A DNA stretch of 62,573 nt, the filler included, from Collodictyon triciliatum (lineage: Eukaryota), in assembly GCA_043381765.1 (NCBI GenBank). It is 4 parts of 4 records of this genome, joined end to end, with 100 filler letters (N's around TTAATTAATTAA, not from the genome) between each part and the next. Parts side by side here need not be neighbours in the genome. Positions count along the whole stretch, not along the records: positions 56,025 to 62,573 come from JBHJMP010001207.1; 3 more parts are not named here. The stretch is one strand, 5' to 3'. Within the stretch, counting starts at the first letter, position 1. The number at the start of each line of letters is the position of its first letter. This document shows, piece by piece, positions 56,025 to 62,573 of this stretch. The position numbers and the translations under genes were made by a program. A model generated the notes under the pieces. That model was given only the letters and a program-made list of their open reading frames with translations. It made no database searches and had not been told where the DNA came from.

Positions 56025-56204
56025 TTAAACTTTTTAAAAATTTTTAAAACCAAAAAAAAAAAAAAAATTAAAAAAAACCCCAAAAAAAAATAAAAAAAAA
56101 AAAAAAAAAAAAAAAGGGAACACTGCAAAAGTCTTTGTCGTGGATATCATAATTATTGGGCCTCAACAAATGCTAATACAAAGTGGCAATGTTTGACAAT
56201 ATAG

Positions 56205-56506
56205 CGATGGGATATTCATCAAACACATCGAAAAAGGAGTTGAAGGGGTCAATAAAACTCTCGCACAGGTGCAAACGATAAAGAAATCCAAAATCCTGGA
56301 GAACGAATTCGTGGTCGAAGGAGTCGATGCAGAAATGACCGCCACGATGAAACTGCGAAGGCACGTCATCCACAAGTTTGTGAAAGGTTTAACATCGATT
56401 CGCTTCAAAAAGAGGTCGCTGATTTATTGAGCAACCCCATTATTTCACTAGAAAATATGACCAGCAGATCCGACAGATGTATGGCACTGACTTTGCTGAA
56501 AAATAA
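56205..56506 (+). CDS. 3' end of a long-chain fatty acyl-CoA synthetase (ACSBG/FadD15-type)
   Basis: IEKGVEGVNKTLAQVQTIKKSKILENEF...EMTATMKLRRHVIHK spliced to KYDQQIRQMY...stop; missed by the ORF track because it has no start codon. Confidence 0.8.
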
Positions 56507-56880
56507 AGACATGAAAGAAAATGGAGGAAAGTGATTTTGAAAAGGTGACAAACCCATCATTCAACAGGCGAAAAGGAGATGGGAGAAACGCCTACAACAA
56601 TCCTCATATTGCGAGTGACGTAGACAAAACAAAGAGGCTGAGTAAACTTAACCCCATATAACCATAAAACAATCCCAGGGAGGAAGAAAAAGAAAACATC
56701 ATTGCACACACAAAAGTGAAAAACAATAATTGAGATCTGAGAGATCCAGCTTGGTAGCAGCTCCGTTATCTAAAAGAAAAAATAGGAGAAGGAGCTTGTA
56801 AGAGGACAAGGAGTTGTAATGGTTTGTAGTTTATGACTGCAGTCAGCGAGGTTGGCCAGTGGGTCTGATTAGTGAATTGC

Positions 56881-58625
56881 TTAGTGCTCCTCCGGGATGT
56901 GGACGGCAAGAACAGGGACGAGTGAGCGACGCATGACGCCCTCTGTGACAGAGCCGAGGAAGAGTCTCTTGAGTCCGGTGAGGCCGCGGGTTCCGCAGAC
57001 AATAAGGTCGAAATCCGTGCTGGCGTTGAGGATAACCTCTGCCGGGTGGGAAGATGTGCGCTCGATGGTGACTGTGACGTTTGTGGCCGGAGTCTGCAAT
57101 GAAAGGTGAGTTTAGATTGGCGTTCGCTTCGCTGCAGATTATATAGTTATTTTCAAGTGCATCGCGTGGGTAGATGACAGTTGGATGCGGCCCAACCCCT
57201 TCTTGTTGGAGAGCCTTCAACGAAGTCAAGGCATGCTCCTTGGCTTCCTCAAGCATCTTCTCAAAAGCCGTCTGCTTGGCCTGGGAGGGATTCGTCTCTG
57301 TGACAAAAAGCAGGGTCACCGACTCTGCGTTCATTCCGGCGGCGATGGGCAGGACGTAGTTGAGTGCGTATTGGGAAAAGTATTCTCCGTTGTAGGGGAT
57401 GAGGATGCGTTTGTATGGGTGCTGGGGCAGAGTATCTTCCACAACCAGAGTCTCCTCTGGGCGGAAGCGAACGCCAAGAACAGGCAGATGTGTGTGGCGC
57501 AAGACACCCTCCGTGACGGAACCTGTTGTTTTGGGCATCTTTATTAATGCCTTACAGAACGGCGAATAAACTGCAATCTTGAAAATATACCAGAGAGTGA
57601 TGATATTAAGCCAGGGACATAAACAGATTGGTCAAGGAAAATGGACTTTGGTTGCGCTGTATTCATACACTCATGGGATAACACTCCCAGCAACTAGGAT
57701 ATGGTGTACCTAGCAAGAAACGTTCGAATCCTTTCAAGCCGTGGCTTCCCATGACGATAAAGTCGCAGTCTTTTGATGCTTCGAGAATCTCGGGTTCAGG
57801 CGACCCCTTCACAAGGATTTCTGTGTGCTTCACTTTGGATGCAGTGAGAATAGCGCCAGCTCTGTGCAGAATTGTCTTTCCCAGCTGATTTTGGATGAAA
57901 GAAATAAAAAAAAACCAGTGATAAAAGTTAGGATTTAACAAGATACATAAGAGCGTGGAGAATAATATATAAAGAGGCGTGAGACGCCAAAACTATCACA
58001 GAGCTGTAATGTGCTATGTCTTCTCTGAGTTTTTAAAACGTGACATAAGATAGATTATCGAGCTGTATTGTGAATGGAAAATGCACCTGAGTGAGGTCCT
58101 CAAGAAGCTGCTCAGCCATGCGGACTTGGTGGCGCTCATAGCCAAACAACTGGGCGGTGTCGATGACATGGATGAGTTTGACTTCGCATTTGAAGCACGA
58201 AGCGAGAGCGAGTCCGTGAGTGAATGCGCGATTAGAGGCTGCGGTTCCGTCCAAAGGGACTAAAATACGGTTCAGATTCACCACCTGCAGATGTAAGGAT
58301 TTTGGTGTTTTAATAGAGCAATAATCTCAAGCAAGAAGAAAAGAAAAAAAAAGGAAGGTCTGAAGAGCGGCTGGTAAAATATTATATATAATGAAGGATG
58401 ACTGACGAAATAAAGTGTTTAAAAAGCAGTCTATGAAACACGACGTTAAATGGTAAATAGAAATAAATAAAACATAAACAAAAATTAAAAAAAAAAGGTG
58501 ATTTCGTTTGGCTGTATGGCTAGGAGAGTAGTATCGCAAATCACTTGGATCTGTTTGGCTCGGCCAGCAGAGATTGCACGAGTGCGTTGTGTTGAGCTGG
58601 CTTCAGACGATTCGTTGCGGGACAT
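56881..58625 (-). CDS. Universal stress protein with two tandem USP domains, 5 exons
   Basis: RILVPLDGT..S..A and GSHGLKGFERFLLGSVTEGVLR in domain 1; RILIPYNG and GTRGLTGLKRLFLGSVTEGVMR in domain 2. Confidence 0.92.
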
Positions 58626-58855
58626 TGTGTTTTCGAGAAGATTGGCCTCTATCAAATAAAAGACAAATAGAAACGGCATTAATAAACATAAAATATGTCC
58701 AAATGTAAAAAGGAAAGGCTTCGCGCGGTTTTGGGGTGGTTTTGGATCAATCGGTGGAGATTGGGAGATAGACTGGCGAAAGAGTCGCAGGCCAACTGCA
58801 AAAGATTATTCGGGCTGGAAGCCTATGCCATAAACAATGTTCCTAGTGTTTGGTG

Positions 58856-58956
58856 TTTGTTGTTTGTTTGTTTGTTTGTTTGTTTGTTTGTTTGTTTGTT
58901 TGTTTGTTTGTTTGTTTGTTTGTTTGTTTGTTTGTTTGTTTGTTTGTTTGTTTGTT
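58856..58956. repeat. (TTTG)n microsatellite
   Basis: Direct reading. Confidence 0.96.
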
Positions 58957-59410
58957 GAAGAGGCGACTTCATGTTGGCCATTTGTCGATGAATCCGCCGC
59001 TCGATCCGAAGAACGATCAGGAGTTTTGAAGGGCATCGGCTTTTCGTGGCGTGGAAGTTTTCTTTATAAAAGGATTTTCTGTGATTGTCACGTCTATCGG
59101 TATGAGTGACGAATGATGACGTAATCATATGTCATCGTTATTTGTGGAATATATGTTGCAAAAAAAAAGGAATTTTGACAGCGAGGGTGCAGACGATGAA
59201 GAAGCGTATATGAACAAGATATCACTCAGTCTTGGTTACATGCTCGTTCTCTTGGCTACGAGCATCGCAAAAATAGAGAACCTCAAACAGACTTTCCTTC
59301 ACAATTATTCTTTTTGTTCTTGGAAAGCCTTATATGTGAATTTTATTCTCTGTGTCTATCGCACCCAATTATTTTTTTTTCCGTTCAATTAAGATATGTC
59401 CTAGGGAAAA

Positions 59411-60990
59411 TTAAGGGTCTCCGTCGCCCTCATATCCGTCATCACCCCAACCAGCGTCACCAAGACTCGCGTTGTCCTTGTTTACAAAACCATAGTTAAT
59501 TGTATGATGGTGGCTGTAATATATCAGGCACTGTCTCGTGTGAGGGCGTATAGTTCATCTTGGTTTTCTTGTAGCTGGTACATACAGGAACAGCCGCGCT
59601 GAGCAAGTTGCTGCTGGTAAATTTACTTCCGGTTGACCATGATGTCTTCCCACATTGAAAAGAAAAAAAAAAGAAGGAAGGAAAAGAAAAAGGAGGTCAG
59701 AAAATATTTCAGTCGTTTGATATGTTGCAGCGGTTAGGGATTAGAAGACCAAGACCACAATATCTAAAATCGTCCTTGAATATGTCCACACAGTAAGTTT
59801 TAGCGCTATTGTATGAAATGCTCACCATTTGCTCAGTTCGCACCATGACAGGAGGTTTGATTACTGGATTCATGTCAAAAGCACCGAACAGATCGTCACT
59901 GCAGCCCATCGATGAACGTATATGAGTTTACAAAGGATTAATGGCGGGTGTCGTGTTCGAAAATGTGAAAAAAAATTGTGGATATGGCTTCCATTGATTT
60001 TGCCCTCTCTTTTAATACAAGAAGAATGTGCACAAGATTGGACAAACCCATTCACCGGGACAGGAGCCACTTCAGGTTCCTTTCCAATTATATTCAAGGG
60101 TGATACAACGTGTATTGGGACACTAACGGGTGTCTAAGGCGTAAATGTTATTGTTGAATGCGAGGGATGTGTCATATATATAAAGTATCGGACGAGGCTA
60201 TTTCGACCAGCTGTTGATGATAACAGAAGGAATTTTATATAAGTTATTTGATGAGATATTGGCTCGCAAATTGTTGTATCTTGTTTACGGGGTTATGCAG
60301 AGTAATGGACGGAACGTTCAGCGCTGTTGAACGATGCGGTTGGCTCGATGTAGATATGGCTATGGAGGGGACTATCGACTTTTTGGGTGGTGCATTTTGT
60401 TCAAGATCAGAATCACTGCTTTGGTCCACGCGCTCCACAGAGGCAACTGCGGGTCACATCCAAAAAAAAAACACATCGATAGAGTGTGTGTGAGCGAGTT
60501 ACATTCATATGTAAGTGCAGGTATGACATATTCCAAACAAGACGCGATATGTCTCAAAAATAAAATAACCCCGCATTCTTCGTTCCACTTGGGCCGATTC
60601 TGAGCCCCAGTTCCAGTTGTCTGCTGATTCATCATCAGAGTGCGTCTTTTTCCGATTCTTTTGCCGGTTTGTAGCTCGCCCCTTCATTGAACCGAAAAAG
60701 AAAAGAAAAAATAGCTGAGAATAACATGAAAAAAGAAAAGACAAGACAAGACAAGACAAGACAAGACAAGACAAGACAAGACAAGACAAGACAAGACAAG
60801 ACAAGACAAGACAAGACAAGACAAGACAAGACAAGACAAGAAAAAGAAAAAGAAAAAGAAAAAGAAATACCTCCTCTGCGTTCTCTTGGTCGTCCTTTTG
60901 CTTCTTAGAAAGTCGCAGTATGAACCAAGTCCACCACGAGACCACCCACCTCCAGCCACGAAGAAACAGTTGCTTCAGTGAGAAGGCCAT
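59411..60990 (-). CDS. Small protein with N-terminal amphipathic/hydrophobic helix, EBAG9/RCAS1-like
   Basis: Seven-exon in-phase model MAFSLKQLFLRGWRW...DNWNWG...DDLFGAFDMNPVIK...AGWGDD. The family resemblance is weak and from memory. Confidence 0.55.
60738..60866. repeat. (AAGAC)n plus (AAAAAG)n intronic repeat
   Basis: Direct reading. Confidence 0.95.
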
Positions 60991-61202
60991 GGCGCGTGTG
61001 GCAAAAGTTACCTGCAAGCCATCATGGTTAAAGCAGAGCTCCGAGAGATTAAGTATGGAAGCGAGTAAAAAGAAAAATGAAAAAATAATAAATAAAAAAA
61101 AAGATAAAAAAGCTAGAAGAGCAACACGATGGAAGGAGAGGGACAAAATGACACGGTTCAAGAAGGAACCCCAGATACCAGGGCAGAAGGGTTATCAAAC
61201 AA

Positions 61203-61280
61203 AAGCGATCATTCAGGCAGACATTGATGCCTTGCCTCTCTCCCTTTCTCGCTTTGACTTTGGAATCATCACGATCGCTT
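61203..61280 (-). ncRNA. Candidate box C/D snoRNA
   Basis: AAGCGATC-GTGATGA...CTGA-AT-GATCGCTT: C box, D box and a perfect 8-bp terminal stem, 78 nt. Confidence 0.35.
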
Positions 61281-61720
61281 ACTTTCGCCTCAGGGCGGAA
61301 TTCGAGCACCTCATGGATCAAACAATGCGTCGTCGGCTTCTTCTGTCTTCCACACAGACGCACACAGACAATAAACAGACAGACAAAACAAAACAAAACA
61401 AAACAAAACAAAAAGCAAACAGGTGGGGTCTGCAAGAGGCAATAGTCTGTGTCTCACTCTGGGGTTTTCTTTATCTGCGGCTGTATATATATATTGCGAT
61501 GTAGAAGAGAGGGCGAGTGGTTGTGGATATGGGTGGTAGTCATGCGTCGATAGAGATGGAATCATCAAGTGGTGAGATGGATTGTTTGGATTGTTTGATT
61601 GGTAAGGTTGGTTGGTGAGGGCGAGCGAGAGAATGATGGGTAATGCAGATGCGATGGAGATAATATGGATAAGCATGCGAGAAGTGTCTGCTTATGCTTG
61701 GCTGAGCAGGAGAGCAGATT

Positions 61721-62228
61721 TTAGTTTGCAGCGGCATTGGCAGCGACGGCAGCAGCAGAAACCTCGGCGGGAATCCACATGTGCAGACCAAATCGATGGG
61801 CAAAAGCGTGGATAGTAGAAGCTGTGCAGATGGAAAATAATTAGTCGTCGGACGCGGGACAATCAGAATCATAAATGCGGTGGTCGCCATCAGGAGATGA
61901 AAGGGTTCTCCCAAAATTCGAGGGAAGGTATAATACAGCTATTACGAGCGAAACGCATACCATTGTTTTCCAAGATGGCCACGACTTTAGTGCGAGCCTT
62001 GTCAGCATACTGCTTTGCCTGCTGGACCGGGAATCGGGTTTCATACGGACGAACATAGTCAACGACGAAGGAGGCCGCTTGGGAGCCGGACGTGTGCAGC
62101 TTCCCATACAACTCCTCGGAGCTCTTCACAGCAGGGTCCACATACACAGCACGCACGTACACATACGACTTCTCCTGCATTGCCACACTCAGTCAGTACG
62201 GCATGCTGAAACATTCATTCGCCGCATC

Positions 62229-62275
<47 letters not shown>

Positions 62276-62376
62276 CACGGAAGCATCCACCAACGAAACT
62301 GGGATGTACGAAGCAAAGAAAGCAAGAGGGGCCGAGCGAGCACGCTTCACAGCAGCAGCGAGCTTCTCACGCAGCT
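61721..62376 (-). CDS. 3' exons of an Ala/Val-rich helical protein of unknown function (starts beyond the window)
   Basis: In-phase exons LREKLAAAVKRAR..., EKSYVYVRAVYVDP...LENN and ASTIHAFAHRFG...AN-stop, with GC-rich codon usage. Confidence 0.7.
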
Positions 62377-62573
62377 AACAGAGCGAGATTAGGGAGAAAA
62401 AAAAAGTGAGTGCAAGATTATCAGCTTCCTTACAGTTAGCTTTACGACAGCATAAACCAATGAACAAGAAAGAAGAGGAAAGAGAATATTGTCTTTTTCT
62501 TTCTTAATCTTTTTTTTTTTTTTTTTTTTGAAAAAAAAAAAGCCCCCAGCAAATACTTCTTTCCCCCCCACCT

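Overview
Gene-dense, intron-rich nuclear DNA of a microbial eukaryote. It uses the standard code and short GT-AG introns, and carries many microsatellites; NEK10 and an Sfi1-like gene suggest a flagellated lineage. The window is four scaffolded segments joined by artificial 100-bp N-TTAATTAATTAA-N linkers, plus one 583-N gap. Hand-spliced gene models: NEK10 kinase, a coiled-coil segment, an Sfi1-like protein, a CorA Mg2+ transporter, a Pro/His-rich protein, a GPAT9/GPAT3-type acyltransferase, ENTR1/SDCCAG3-like, a peptidase C45-like Ntn hydrolase, a FYRN/FYRC protein, ubiquitin E1 (UBA1), a Chtop/FoP-like protein, RPL21, a SIW14/PFA-DSP phosphatase, tRNA-Glu(UUC), a CYP52/CYP704-like P450, a mitochondrial carrier, a receptor-like TKL kinase (partial), an acyl-CoA synthetase 3' end, a tandem-USP protein, an EBAG9-like protein and one partial gene. 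I found no convincing novel multi-gene system. The most notable oddities are a ~630-nt intron made entirely of a tandem repeat flanked by duplicated AAACACAG|G sites in corA, a homology-supported GC-AG intron, a candidate box C/D snoRNA, a decayed tyrosine-recombinase-like relic, a prokaryote-style double USP and substitutions at conserved E1 ATP-site residues. All homology calls come from recalled motifs, not database searches.
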